64,000 nucleotides of DNA from NCBI GenBank assembly GCA_963761335.1, contig CAVXGR010000012.1, positions 768,001 to 832,000 on the forward strand. The letters are read 5' to 3'. Shown in pieces: positions 1-9,544 of the stretch. Origin of the DNA: an uncultured delta proteobacterium. Lineage in GTDB: Bacteria > Desulfobacterota > Binatia > HRBIN30 > BPIQ01. The notes beneath the pieces are model-generated. The model made no database searches and was not told the origin of the DNA. It saw only the letters and a list, made by a program, of their open reading frames with translations. A program made the position numbers and the translations under genes. Every line of letters starts with the position of its first letter. Position 1 is the stretch's first letter.

Positions 1-34
1 TGCGCAGGGCAGTCTTCTTGGCGTCGGAATCCAT
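1..34 (-). CDS. N-terminus of a gene running off the window edge, possibly flavin reductase family
   Basis: GGAGG RBS then ATG at 34; MDSDAKKTALR resembles N-termini of flavin reductase-like proteins; only 11 codons visible. Confidence 0.4.
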   Translation of the reverse strand, partial: MDSDAKKTALR

Positions 35-123
35 GTCACCTCCGTTCGAAGTTGGTTGCGTCCCGCAATCGAGGACGCCACCCTAGCTCACGATTCCGCG
101 ATGATCCACACGGAGAGTGCCGC

Positions 124-366
124 CTATTTCGGCTGCTCTGCCGGCTTGTCTTTGCGGCGCTGCTGCTCCTTCTTGAAGGTCTCCAGCATCTCCTGCCGCG
201 AGCGGAAGGTGCGCCGCGCCATCAGGCCTTGGTGGCAGTGATACTCGCCACGCTCGTGGTCCTGGTGACAGCCGAACTCGTCCAGACCTCCATCGTGGGC
301 CATCACCGCCGGGCTCACGGCCATCAGGCCCACCATGGCAAAGCCGACCACCGCTGCTCTGATCAT
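124..366 (-). CDS. Small secreted YHYH-domain protein
   Basis: Signal peptide MIRAAVVGFAMVGLMAVSPAVMA then HDGGLDEFGCHQDHERGEYHCH motif; GAGG RBS. Confidence 0.75.
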   Translation of the reverse strand: MIRAAVVGFAMVGLMAVSPAVMAHDGGLDEFGCHQDHERGEYHCHQGLMARRTFRSRQEMLETFKKEQQRRKDKPAEQPK

Positions 367-632
367 AGTCCTCTCCCTCGACGCCCCGGGCGGCTCCGTC
401 GGCGAGACCGCCAGGGGGATTGGCATTGGTGCGGATCTGCTCGCCTGTTTACTGCAGTCTCGCCACCACGCGCAACGGAAACTTTCGCTCCGGGGCAATG
501 AAAGACGCGCCGGGCGGGGCCAGCCTTCGGGTCGAATTTTGAATCATCGGCCCGGGGGAGATACTGTTGAGCGAGGGCGCGCATTTCCCGCGGCCCCTCT
601 GCCGCCTTGAACCCTGCGATTGGAGGCTTCTC

Positions 633-941
633 ATGCCCGACAGCTGCGATCACCTGGATACCATCCGCGACGTGAACCCGAGCGCTCTCGGCTGCGAAGA
701 GTGCCTGAAGATCGGCTCCCCGTGGGTGCACCTGCGCCTGTGCCGGACCTGCGGTCATGTGGGGTGCTGCGACAGCTCGCCGAACCGCCACGCCAGCAAG
801 CACTTCCGAGCGACACGGCATCCCATCATCGAGGGCTACGATCCGCCCGAAGGGTGGGGATGGTGCTACGTCGACGAGGTCACTTTCGACCTTTCCGACC
901 GAATGACCCCGCACAACGGTTCCATCCCCCGCTACGTCTGA
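633..941 (+). CDS. UBP-type zinc finger protein
   Basis: GCEEC...WVHLRLCRTCGHVGCCDSSPNRHASKHF...WGWCYVD pattern; GGAGG RBS at 622-626. Confidence 0.9.
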   Translation: MPDSCDHLDTIRDVNPSALGCEECLKIGSPWVHLRLCRTCGHVGCCDSSPNRHASKHFRATRHPIIEGYDPPEGWGWCYVDEVTFDLSDRMTPHNGSIPRYV

Positions 942-2233
942 GACGCGCCGCGATCCGCTGACGCCGCCTCGTCTGTGGCGCCCGATGGCGGGGCCGGGAC
1001 GCGAGACTCCCCGTCGACGACGTCGCGCAGAAAAGATTCGACCTCGGTGACCGTGCGGCGGATGTCGAAGCGCTCTCTCACCGTCTCTCGCGCCGCGGCC
1101 GCCAGACGGTCGCTCAGTCCCGGGTCCGCATGGAGACGCAGCAGACATGCGGCCAGGGCCTCGGCGTCGCCGGGATCGAAGAGCAGGCCGTTCTCCTCGT
1201 GCTCGACCGCCTCGCCGATGCCCCCGAGGCTCGCCGCCACCACCGCCACTCCGGAGGCCATCGCCTCCTGCAGAATACGCGGCAGCGGCTCGGGCCAACG
1301 AGACGGCACCACGAGAGCGTCAAACTCCGCGAGCCTCTCCGGCATCTGCTCCCGCGGGACACGACCGCGAAAGCTCACCCGGTCCGCGATTTGCTGGCGC
1401 GCCACCTCGCGCCGGAGCTCCGCTTCGTAGTCGGGCGCGCCGCTGCCGATGATCGTCAGCGCCACCGCCGCTCCCCGCTGCCGGGCGACGGCGACGGCTC
1501 GAATCGCCACATCGACGCCCTTCTCCGGCGCCAGGCGGCAGGCGCAACAGAGCGCCAACGGCTCGCCCGGGCGGCGCCGCCGCGCCGCCGATCCGTTGAA
1601 GCGCCGCACGTCGATGCCATTGCGGATCACCCGGGCGTCCGGCCCGGCGACTCCCGCTTCGAGCAGGCGCCGGCGCACCGCCTCGCTCACGCAGGCGACA
1701 TGACGCATCCGCAGCGGCGGCGTGCCCCCGCGGCGCAGCGCTTCGCTCCAGCCCATGATCCGCTTCAGCGGTAGCGCCCAGAAATGGCGCGCCGGCGACG
1801 TCCAGTGAAGGGAGTAGGCATCGGGCAGCAGCGGCCAGTAGTCGGCGACGTAGCCCACCAGCGGAACGGCGCCGAGCGGCTCGAAATCCATCAGCAAGCC
1901 CCGCTGAAGGTTCCACATGCCCCAGGACACGACGACATCGGGCTGGACGGAGCCCATCGCTCGGCGCAGGGTGTGGAGGTTCTGGCGCAGTCGCCGCCTT
2001 CTGCCGATCAGGGCACTCCACGTTCCCCGCCAAGGGCGCAGATCGACCTCGAGGTGGAGCCGCCGCAGCACGTCCGCATCACTCCCCTCCCTCTCCGACA
2101 CGCCGTGTCGACTGGTGAGCACGGCCACCCGGTGCCCGCGGCTCTGCAGGCCGCTGCGAACCTCGGCGCAGAGCTCCTCGTACCCGCCGAGGTGATGCGG
2201 CGGAAAGAAGTTACACAGGAAGAGGATTCGCAT
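932..2233 (-). CDS. Glycosyltransferase family 4 (GT-B)
   Basis: MRILFLCNFFPPHHLGGYE start; RLAPEKG and PSRWPEPLPRILQEAMASG motifs. Confidence 0.9.
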   Translation of the reverse strand: MRILFLCNFFPPHHLGGYEELCAEVRSGLQSRGHRVAVLTSRHGVSEREGSDADVLRRLHLEVDLRPWRGTWSALIGRRRRLRQNLHTLRRAMGSVQPDVVVSWGMWNLQRGLLMDFEPLGAVPLVGYVADYWPLLPDAYSLHWTSPARHFWALPLKRIMGWSEALRRGGTPPLRMRHVACVSEAVRRRLLEAGVAGPDARVIRNGIDVRRFNGSAARRRRPGEPLALCCACRLAPEKGVDVAIRAVAVARQRGAAVALTIIGSGAPDYEAELRREVARQQIADRVSFRGRVPREQMPERLAEFDALVVPSRWPEPLPRILQEAMASGVAVVAASLGGIGEAVEHEENGLLFDPGDAEALAACLLRLHADPGLSDRLAAAARETVRERFDIRRTVTEVESFLRDVVDGESRVPAPPSGATDEAASADRGASQT

Positions 2234-2259
2234 CGCCGCACCCGTCCCGGCCGTTACCC

Positions 2260-3258
2260 TCAGACCCCCCGCCGCAGGACGAGGTCGAGTCGGCGCCAGA
2301 ACACCGACCGCGGCGCTCCTCCGGCGCGAGCGGCGCCGAGACAGCTGCCGGCGATCCGCGCCGCGCTCAGCAGCGGCGCGCGCGCGGCGAGCCCGACGCG
2401 AGAGAGAAAAGGTCGCGGCTCGGCCCACACTCCCGAGGTCGTCTCCAACGTCGAGCGCAGCCAGGATGCGGCGGCGGACCGCGGGGTGCGGTAGACGCGG
2501 TGACCGAACAAGCGCACGACCAGCTCGTGATCCGCGTAGGCGCGCTTGAGCTCGTACCACCATGAGCGATCGTGCGAGTGATAGACGACCGACGCCGGCT
2601 CGAAGACGAGAGCATACCCCGCCCGGATCACGCGCTGCGCCCACTCGAGGTCCTCGCCGTAGGGCAGCTCGGCGAACGGGTAGCGCGCCAGCACCTCGCG
2701 GCGAACGCACGAGCTGTTGTTGTGAAACGTCGACAGAGCGAACTTCTCGCTCGGCGCCAGCGCCTCCCAGCGGCGGCCGTCCAGGGCCTGCCGACGGGGC
2801 GCGCTCGTTCCGGGAAGAGCCCGGCGCGCCGGCACCGACACCAAGGCGCTGTCGTGCGGCCACGTCGTCTGCCGGCTATAGCTTGCAGCTGCACCGGGCG
2901 TCTCCGCAGCATCGATCAGGTTGCGGAGCCAGTCCTCGTTCGCCGCCACGGCGTCCTGCACCAGAAAGACGATGAAATCCCCTGCCGCCATGTCGGCGGC
3001 GAGATTGCGGGTACCGCCGTGGTTGAACTGCTCCGCACGGATGCGCTCGGCGCGCACCGGAAAGGCGCGCAACTCCTCCCAGCTGCCGTCGGTCGAGCCC
3101 GAGTCGATGGCGATCACCTCGAACGGCCACGGCGTCTTCTGCGAAACGACACGGCGCAGACACTCGCGCAGAAGAGGTAGGCCGTTGCGGACCGGCAAGA
3201 CGACACTCACCCGCGGCCGCTCGCCGGCCGGGCTCAGGCGCGAAGCGGCAGATTGCAC
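2260..3258 (-). CDS. Glycosyltransferase family 2 (rhamnosyltransferase-like); start uncertain (3258, 3237 or 3210)
   Basis: VSVVLPVRNG, IDSGSTDGS, FNHGGTRN, FLVQDA, YGEDLEWA, VYHSH motifs. Confidence 0.85.
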   Translation of the reverse strand: MQSAASRLSPAGERPRVSVVLPVRNGLPLLRECLRRVVSQKTPWPFEVIAIDSGSTDGSWEELRAFPVRAERIRAEQFNHGGTRNLAADMAAGDFIVFLVQDAVAANEDWLRNLIDAAETPGAAASYSRQTTWPHDSALVSVPARRALPGTSAPRRQALDGRRWEALAPSEKFALSTFHNNSSCVRREVLARYPFAELPYGEDLEWAQRVIRAGYALVFEPASVVYHSHDRSWWYELKRAYADHELVVRLFGHRVYRTPRSAAASWLRSTLETTSGVWAEPRPFLSRVGLAARAPLLSAARIAGSCLGAARAGGAPRSVFWRRLDLVLRRGV

Positions 3259-4448
3259 ACGCGCTTCCAACGCCGCGCCCGGTCCGCGAGAGCGCGGCCC
3301 GCAAAGCTCTTCAACAGCAGCCCGACGGCATCGCGCCGCCGTCCCAGCCGCCAATCCAATCGCGCCGCCTGGCGCCAGTACCCTCGCGCCGCACCCATCC
3401 GGCCCTGGCCGTAGGCGAGGCGGGCGAGCATCAGGTAGGCACGGGCCCGAGCCGCGCGCTGCCCCTCGATGCCGATCTCCGCGCCGGCGGCGAACACCGC
3501 GTCGAGTACCGCAACGACGCGTCCTTCCGCTGCCGCCAAGTCCAAGGGGTAGGACGTCGCCTTGAAGCCGATCGGCTGCGTCGCGCAGAGCAGCGCGTAG
3601 TACGGCTCCTCCTCGGAGAGAATTTCCGGCCACCGCCGCACGGCCTCGCAGAAGTCCGCGATTCCCTCGGCATCGCTGCCGGCGCCGCAGAGCTGCGCGG
3701 CGCTCTCGACGAGCGCGAAGCTGAAGGCCCGACCGCTCATCCGGCGCGCCTCCTCGCGCAGATCGGGGCGCGCAAACAGCTTCTCGAGGGCGCGCAGGCG
3801 CCCGGCGCGCATGGCGCGCACGTCGCGGGAGATGGTGCCGCCGTGAACCCGATAGCGGCAGAGCAGCGGCTCTGTTCCCAACCACACCCCACCGGTGGCG
3901 GTCATGCGCAGCCAGAGATCCCAGTCCTCCATGGCCCGCATGTGCTCGTCGAAGCCGCCGCCGGCGGCGATGGCGCTGCGGCGGAGGACGGCGCTGCTCG
4001 GCGGGAAGAGATTCCATGCGAGAAAGTCCTCGAGTGCGAAGCGACCCGGCCGACTGACACGCGAGCCCGGGATCTCCTCGCCGCTCCCGTCGATGAAGAG
4101 CCAACCGGAAAAGACGCCGGCCACCTCGTCACCGGCGCCGTCGAGCGCCGCCGACAAGTGCTCGAGGAAGCCCGCCTCCCAGCAGTCATCAGCGTCCAGC
4201 AGGGCCACGTACTCCGCCCGCGCCTCGGCCAGTGCCGCATTGCGGGCCGCGGACAGGCCGCGGTTCTCCTGCCGAAGAAGCCGCACCCGGGCGCCATACG
4301 AGCCCGCGATCGCCGCCGATTCGTCCGTGGATCCGTCGTCCACCACGATCAGCTCCCAGTCGTCCATGGACTGCCGGTAGACGCTCTCGATGGCGGCCGC
4401 GATGAAGCGGGCACCGTTGTAGACGGGCATGATGATGCTCGCCCGCAT
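3234..4448 (-). CDS. Glycosyltransferase family 2 with helical C-terminal extension
   Basis: SIIMPVYNG, VVDDGSTD, NRGLSAARN, LLDADD, MEDWDLWLR motifs. Confidence 0.9.
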   Translation of the reverse strand: MRASIIMPVYNGARFIAAAIESVYRQSMDDWELIVVDDGSTDESAAIAGSYGARVRLLRQENRGLSAARNAALAEARAEYVALLDADDCWEAGFLEHLSAALDGAGDEVAGVFSGWLFIDGSGEEIPGSRVSRPGRFALEDFLAWNLFPPSSAVLRRSAIAAGGGFDEHMRAMEDWDLWLRMTATGGVWLGTEPLLCRYRVHGGTISRDVRAMRAGRLRALEKLFARPDLREEARRMSGRAFSFALVESAAQLCGAGSDAEGIADFCEAVRRWPEILSEEEPYYALLCATQPIGFKATSYPLDLAAAEGRVVAVLDAVFAAGAEIGIEGQRAARARAYLMLARLAYGQGRMGAARGYWRQAARLDWRLGRRRDAVGLLLKSFAGRALADRARRWKRVCNLPLRA

Positions 4449-5771
4449 TCACTTCCCCGGGAGCCAGCCACGACGGCTGGCGAGGCCCACGCCGGCGACG
4501 ACCGCCACCGCCGAGGCGAGCACGATCACCTCCGTCGAGAGAGGCCGCGGCAGATCCTTCTTGGGCGGCACCGCTGCTGCCGCGATCACAGGCGCCTCGA
4601 CGCGACGGTGCACGTACCAGATCCGCTGGAAATCGTCCTCGTACACCACGTGCAGGTGATTCCCCTCGCCGATGGCGAGGCTCGGCAGCTCGACCGAGCG
4701 CTGCCCAACGGTCGACGGCGAGAGAAGCTCGGGAGGCGACCATTGCTCGCCGTCCCACTCGAGGTGGTACACGTCTTCGTGCTTCCCCCGGCGGCTGTCC
4801 GCCGAGGTCACCAGGTGGAGCCGGCCGCTGCTGTCGGTGGCCATCTGCGGAAAGCCAGTGAGTCCGCCGCGGACCTCGTCGCCGATCGGCAGCGGCGCCG
4901 TCCACGTGCGGCCGCCATCCCGCGACCACTGGTGCAGTCGATCTCGGTTGGAGACGATGCCGTTCCAGGCCAGGTGCACCTCGCCGGGGGCACGGACGGC
5001 AACCGCGAGCTGGGCGTGGTCCGCTGCGGCGACCTGCAGCGGCGCGCTCCAGGTGCGGCCGCCGTCTACCGACTGGCTGTAGAACCCGCCCTGCGGAGGC
5101 CAGCCGGTCGGTAGCAGGAACTGCGACCAGGTCACATGCAGGCGGCCGCCCGCACCGACGAAAAGAAACGGGAAGTCGGATGCGTCGCTGGTGCCGGAGA
5201 GCCGCGCAATGGCGACCGGGTCGCTCCAGCGAATGCCGCGATCGTCGGAGCGCCGGTACAGAACCTCGCCGGTGCGGGCCGCACAAACGAAGTGGACGGT
5301 GCCGTCCGAGGCGCGCACTGCGGAGCGAAAAGCGCCGGCGCGATCGGTCAGCGGCACGGGTGCGCTCCAGGCGCCGGGCTTCTCGGCCTCGGTGACGTAC
5401 GCGTGGCTGTAATAGATCGTCGCCTGCGGGGCGCCCTGCCAGACGGCGTGAAACCAGCCATCAGCGCCGAGGGTCACGGCCGCAAGGCTCACCCAACCGT
5501 CGAGCGGCGCCTCGACCACGGCCACCGGCGGCGTCCACGCGCCGGCGCGCAGCCGGGTATACATGAGCGCCTGTGCCCGTGCCGGGTGATCCATCGGGCC
5601 GCGGGTGAAGAAGACGTGCAATCCGCCCCAGGGGTCGGCGATGACGGTCGGCCGCGAGAGCATCTGGTCGCTGCTGTAGACCACCACCGGCGCGCTCCAC
5701 GGCGCGCCGCGGGCGACAGCCGCGAGCAGAAGAAATCCACACGCCGGGATGATGACGGATCGCTTGGGCAT
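4449..5771 (-). CDS. Secreted, C-terminally anchored BNR/Asp-box (sialidase-fold) protein
   Basis: Signal peptide; three Asp boxes (SDDRGIRW, SVDGGRTW, SRDGGRTW); C-terminal hydrophobic helix followed by RR. Confidence 0.75.
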   Translation of the reverse strand: MPKRSVIIPACGFLLLAAVARGAPWSAPVVVYSSDQMLSRPTVIADPWGGLHVFFTRGPMDHPARAQALMYTRLRAGAWTPPVAVVEAPLDGWVSLAAVTLGADGWFHAVWQGAPQATIYYSHAYVTEAEKPGAWSAPVPLTDRAGAFRSAVRASDGTVHFVCAARTGEVLYRRSDDRGIRWSDPVAIARLSGTSDASDFPFLFVGAGGRLHVTWSQFLLPTGWPPQGGFYSQSVDGGRTWSAPLQVAAADHAQLAVAVRAPGEVHLAWNGIVSNRDRLHQWSRDGGRTWTAPLPIGDEVRGGLTGFPQMATDSSGRLHLVTSADSRRGKHEDVYHLEWDGEQWSPPELLSPSTVGQRSVELPSLAIGEGNHLHVVYEDDFQRIWYVHRRVEAPVIAAAAVPPKKDLPRPLSTEVIVLASAVAVVAGVGLASRRGWLPGK

Positions 5772-5847
5772 CGTTCGCCTCGAGCCAGCCCTTCTCCAGC
5801 TCTGGCGAGGCGAGTATCCTAACACGTCATTGCTTTACAACCAGAAC

Positions 5848-7008
5848 ATGCGGGTTCTCTTCCTCTCTCCCTGGCACCCATGGCCACCGCGCAGCGGCGC
5901 CGAACAACGCGTTGCGAACCTGGTGCGGCAACTGGGCCACCGTCACCAGGTGCACCTGCTCGGCTTCGTCGAGCAAGGCGGGGCCAAGGCCCCCGCCCCC
6001 GAGACGGCGTCCGCCGCATTCTACCCCCGGCGCCCGTTCCGCCCGGCCAGCCCCCGCGCCCAGCTCGGATTCCTGAGCTCGCGCCCCCGCTCCGTGGTCG
6101 ACACCTTTTCGCGGCAAACCGCCGAACGGATCGCCGCGGCGGTGCGGGAGACGAGGCCCGACGTGGTGGTCGCCTTCGAGACGGCGATGGCGATCTACGG
6201 CCGCGTCTTCCGCCACCTTCCGGCGGTCTTCGAGGCGGTCGAGCTGGGAATCTACGCCGATGCCGTCCACCGCGCCGGCGGCCAATGGCCTCGGCTGCGG
6301 GCCTCGTTGACGTGGCAGAAGCACCGCCGCTTCCTTCGCCGGCTACTGGCCGACTTCCGTGCCTGCACCGTGGTTTCGGAGGCGGAACGCCAGCTGCTGG
6401 TGCTCGCCGCCCCCGCACATCCGCCCATCGAGGTGATCCCCAACTGTGTCGATCTGAGCGGGGTCCCCGAGCCGAGCGGCCGGGCACGCCCCAACACGCT
6501 GATCTTCACCGGCTCCCTGTCATACTCTCCCAACCACGATGCGATGCTCTGGTTCCTGCGCGAGGTCTTCCCGCGCATCCGGTCCGCGGTCGGGAACGTG
6601 GAGCTGACGATCACCGGAGACAGTGCCGGCAAGCTGCTCGGGGACGGACCCGGAATCCGCCAGACCGGCATGGTGGAGAACCTGCGCCCGCTGCTGGCGT
6701 CGGCGTGGGCCAGCATTGCGCCGATCCGCGCCGGGAGCGGCACGCGGGTCAAGATCATCGAAGCCATGGCGGTGCGCACTCCGGTGGTCGCCACGTCAAA
6801 GGCGGCGGAGGGAATCGAGGCGACGGCCGAAGTCGACATCCTGCTCGGCGACGATGCGGCCGAGTTTGCCCGCCAGGTCGTTCGGCTGCTGGGCGACGAG
6901 TCGCTGCGCCGCCGACTCGGCGACGCCGGCCGGCGGCTGATCGAGCAGCGCTACGACTGGGCAGCCGCCGGCCGCCGCTACGACGCCCTCCTGGAACGGA
7001 TCACGTGA
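5848..7008 (+). CDS. Glycosyltransferase family 4
   Basis: MRVLFLSPWHPWPPRSG; FTGSLSYSPN; GSGTRVKIIEAMA. Confidence 0.9.
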   Translation: MRVLFLSPWHPWPPRSGAEQRVANLVRQLGHRHQVHLLGFVEQGGAKAPAPETASAAFYPRRPFRPASPRAQLGFLSSRPRSVVDTFSRQTAERIAAAVRETRPDVVVAFETAMAIYGRVFRHLPAVFEAVELGIYADAVHRAGGQWPRLRASLTWQKHRRFLRRLLADFRACTVVSEAERQLLVLAAPAHPPIEVIPNCVDLSGVPEPSGRARPNTLIFTGSLSYSPNHDAMLWFLREVFPRIRSAVGNVELTITGDSAGKLLGDGPGIRQTGMVENLRPLLASAWASIAPIRAGSGTRVKIIEAMAVRTPVVATSKAAEGIEATAEVDILLGDDAAEFARQVVRLLGDESLRRRLGDAGRRLIEQRYDWAAAGRRYDALLERIT

Positions 7009-7048
7009 TCCGCGCTCGCGGCGCGGCCGTTCCGATTCGGCGCGGCTC

Positions 7049-7465
7049 TCAGTGCAGCCGGCGGCGCTGCGTGTAGAGATACCAGGCGCCGCCACCCGAG
7101 ACGGAGATGGCGATGATCGCGTAGATGGCCCCGAAGACGGCCCCGCCCGAGCCGGGCGCCGGGTGCAGGGCAAAGAGCACCAGGTTGATCGGCACATAGG
7201 CCGCATAGACGAGGGCGATCGGCAGCACCCAGCGCTTCATCGTCCAGACGCCGAAAGCGTACGCCGCCAGCAGGCAGCCGAAGAGCGGGCCAATGACCGC
7301 GTTGGCGACCCCGTGCAAACGGCTTCCGAAAAATACGAAACCGGCCGTCGAACCGGGCGACATCGCCTGGGCGATCGGCTTCGAGAGATCCGAGATCGCC
7401 ATGATCGCCATGAGAACGGCAAGCGCAGTGAGCAAGCCGCCGCGGGAGCTTCCCTCGTCATTCAT
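7049..7465 (-). CDS. Small integral membrane protein
   Basis: About four hydrophobic segments; GGAGG upstream of ATG 7465. Confidence 0.7.
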   Translation of the reverse strand: MNDEGSSRGGLLTALAVLMAIMAISDLSKPIAQAMSPGSTAGFVFFGSRLHGVANAVIGPLFGCLLAAYAFGVWTMKRWVLPIALVYAAYVPINLVLFALHPAPGSGGAVFGAIYAIIAISVSGGGAWYLYTQRRRLH

Positions 7466-7505
7466 CTCGTGAGCGCCTCCTTCCGGTGCATTGCCCGCTA
7501 CTCGG

Positions 7506-7722
7506 TAGTGTCCCAGATTCCCCCGACGCGGACCTTGACGAGGGCGATCGGCTGTCTTCCGGTCGCTGCGGGCGTGGACTCCCTCTCCCGCACTGCCGGC
7601 GGGAGAGGGCGCCGATCTCTTTGAACAACCGCGAACCTTGTTCCTCTCCCGCCGGCAATGCGGGAGAGGAGACCCGGTGTGCGGCGTCGGAAACAGTCGC
7701 AAACGTCGAATTTGGGACACTA
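7506..7722. mobile_element. MITE-like element with terminal inverted repeats and 12-bp target duplication, carrying CCTCTCCC/GGGAGAGG hairpins
   Basis: TAGTGTCCCAGATTC ... GAATTTGGGACACTA; flanks cccgctactcgg (7494-7505) and ctcgctactcgg (7723-7734). Confidence 0.7.
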
Positions 7723-7809
7723 CTCGCTACTCGGCTCGGATCGACAGCGCAAGACCCCTGCGGTACGATGGCGCACTCTCAGCTCCATCGAATCGGGGAT
7801 GGCTCACAC

Positions 7810-9495
7810 ATGACAGGACCGGCGCGGCCGATCACCGAGACCCGGCGCGAGCAGATGTTTCCCAGGCTCGAGCCGGCGGAAGTCCAACGGCTGCGTCGGT
7901 TCGGTGAGACGCGCGCCTTTGCCGCCGGCGATTACCTGGTGAGGACGGGAGAGATCAGCCCGGGGCTGCTGCTCATTCTCTCCGGCGAGGTCGAGGTGCG
8001 CCCGCACGACGACCTCGTTCCACACCCTCCCATCACCGTTCACGGTGCGGGCGACTTCCTGGGGGAGCTCGCTCAGCTCTCGGAGCGACCGGCGCTGGTG
8101 GACGGGGTCGCGCAGAGCCCCGTCGAAGCCCTGGTCATTCCCTCTCCCAAGCTCCGCAGTCTGATGGTGGAGGAAGCGGAGCTCGGCGAGCGCATCATGC
8201 GGGCCCTGATCCTGCGCCGCGTCGGCCTTCTCCAGGGGGGTACCGGCGGGCCGGTCATCGTCGGCCGCTCCGACGATGGCGACGTCCTTCGCCTCGAGGG
8301 GTTCCTGGCGCGCAACGGCCATCCGCACCAGAGGATCGACCCCGAGGCCGATATGGGGGCCAAGGCTCTCCTCGAGCGATTCCACATCGAGCCGCGGGAG
8401 CTGCCGATCGTGGTGTGCCCGACGGGACAGTTGCTGCGCAATCCCGGCGAGCACGAGCTCGCCCGCTGCCTCGGCCTGATCAAGCCGATGGATCCGTCCC
8501 GGCTCTACGACGTCGCCATCGTCGGCGCCGGACCGGCCGGCCTTGCCGCCGCCGTCTATGCGGCCTCGGAAGGGCTCGCGGTTGTGGTGCTGGACAGTCG
8601 CTCCTTCGGGGGGCAGGCCGGTGCCTCGGCGCGTATCGAGAACTACCTGGGCTTTCCCACCGGAATCAGCGGCATGGCCCTGATGGCGCGCGCCTACAAT
8701 CAGGCGCAGAAGTTCGGCGTCGAGATGGCGATCCCCAGGGAGGTCGTCGGCTTGCAGGACCACGTCAGCGGTGGAGGGCGCTTTCGGCTGGAGCTCGACG
8801 ACGGTGAATGCGTCAGCGCCCGCGCCGTGATCATCGCCAGCGGGGCGCGCTACCGCCGGCTCGGAGTAGAGAACCTGACGGCCTTCGAGGGCTCGAGCGT
8901 CCACTACTGGGCCTCGCCGCTGGAGGCGAAGCTCTGTAGCGGACAGGAAGTGGCGCTGGTCGGCGCCGGCAACTCCGCGGGCCAGGCCGCCGTCTATCTC
9001 GCCAGTCAGGTCGCCCAGGTGTGGCTCCTGGTGCGCGGGCCGCACCTGGAAAGCAGCATGTCCCGCTACCTGGTCGACCGCATCACCGCCCAGTCGAACA
9101 TCGAGGTGCTGACCCAGACCGAGGTCAGCTCGCTCGAAGGGCACGGCAGCGCTCTGCAGTGGATCGTTTGGCGGCACGTTCCATCCGGCCAGCAGACGCG
9201 GCGCGCCATTCGCCACCTCTTTCTGTTCATCGGCGCGGAGCCGAACACCGCCTGGCTGTCCCGGTCTCAGGTGGCGCTCGACGGCAAGGGGTTCGTGCGC
9301 ACCGGCGCGGAGCTCGACGCCGGCTCGCGGCCCCTGGAGACGAGCCGCCGCGGCGTCTTCGCCATCGGCGACATCCGCGCCAGCTCCACCAAGCGCGTCG
9401 CTGCCGCCGTCGGAGAAGGCGCCCAGGTGGTCGCGGCGATTCACGCCTTCCTCGGCCAGGCGGGCAATGAGCCGCCCGCCCTGTCGCCGCAGTGA
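7810..9495 (+). CDS. cNMP-binding domain fused to a thioredoxin-reductase-like FAD oxidoreductase
   Basis: N-terminal cNMP domain (FLGELAQL); IVGAGPAGLAAA, RIENYLGFPTGISG, VGAGNSAGQAA, GVFAIGDIR; no CXXC (YWASPLEAKLC). Confidence 0.9.
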   Translation: MTGPARPITETRREQMFPRLEPAEVQRLRRFGETRAFAAGDYLVRTGEISPGLLLILSGEVEVRPHDDLVPHPPITVHGAGDFLGELAQLSERPALVDGVAQSPVEALVIPSPKLRSLMVEEAELGERIMRALILRRVGLLQGGTGGPVIVGRSDDGDVLRLEGFLARNGHPHQRIDPEADMGAKALLERFHIEPRELPIVVCPTGQLLRNPGEHELARCLGLIKPMDPSRLYDVAIVGAGPAGLAAAVYAASEGLAVVVLDSRSFGGQAGASARIENYLGFPTGISGMALMARAYNQAQKFGVEMAIPREVVGLQDHVSGGGRFRLELDDGECVSARAVIIASGARYRRLGVENLTAFEGSSVHYWASPLEAKLCSGQEVALVGAGNSAGQAAVYLASQVAQVWLLVRGPHLESSMSRYLVDRITAQSNIEVLTQTEVSSLEGHGSALQWIVWRHVPSGQQTRRAIRHLFLFIGAEPNTAWLSRSQVALDGKGFVRTGAELDAGSRPLETSRRGVFAIGDIRASSTKRVAAAVGEGAQVVAAIHAFLGQAGNEPPALSPQ

Positions 9496-9544
9496 CCGCG
9501 ACTACCCGCTCTGATGCCCGCCCGATACCCTCGGGGATGGCGGC

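Noticed and set aside
5830..5850. Leaderless transcripts for the GT4 genes at 5848 and 45368
   Set aside because: Weak -10-like hexamers (TACAAC, GATAAT) lie 6-8 nt before the ATG with no RBS, but this cannot be supported without TSS data.
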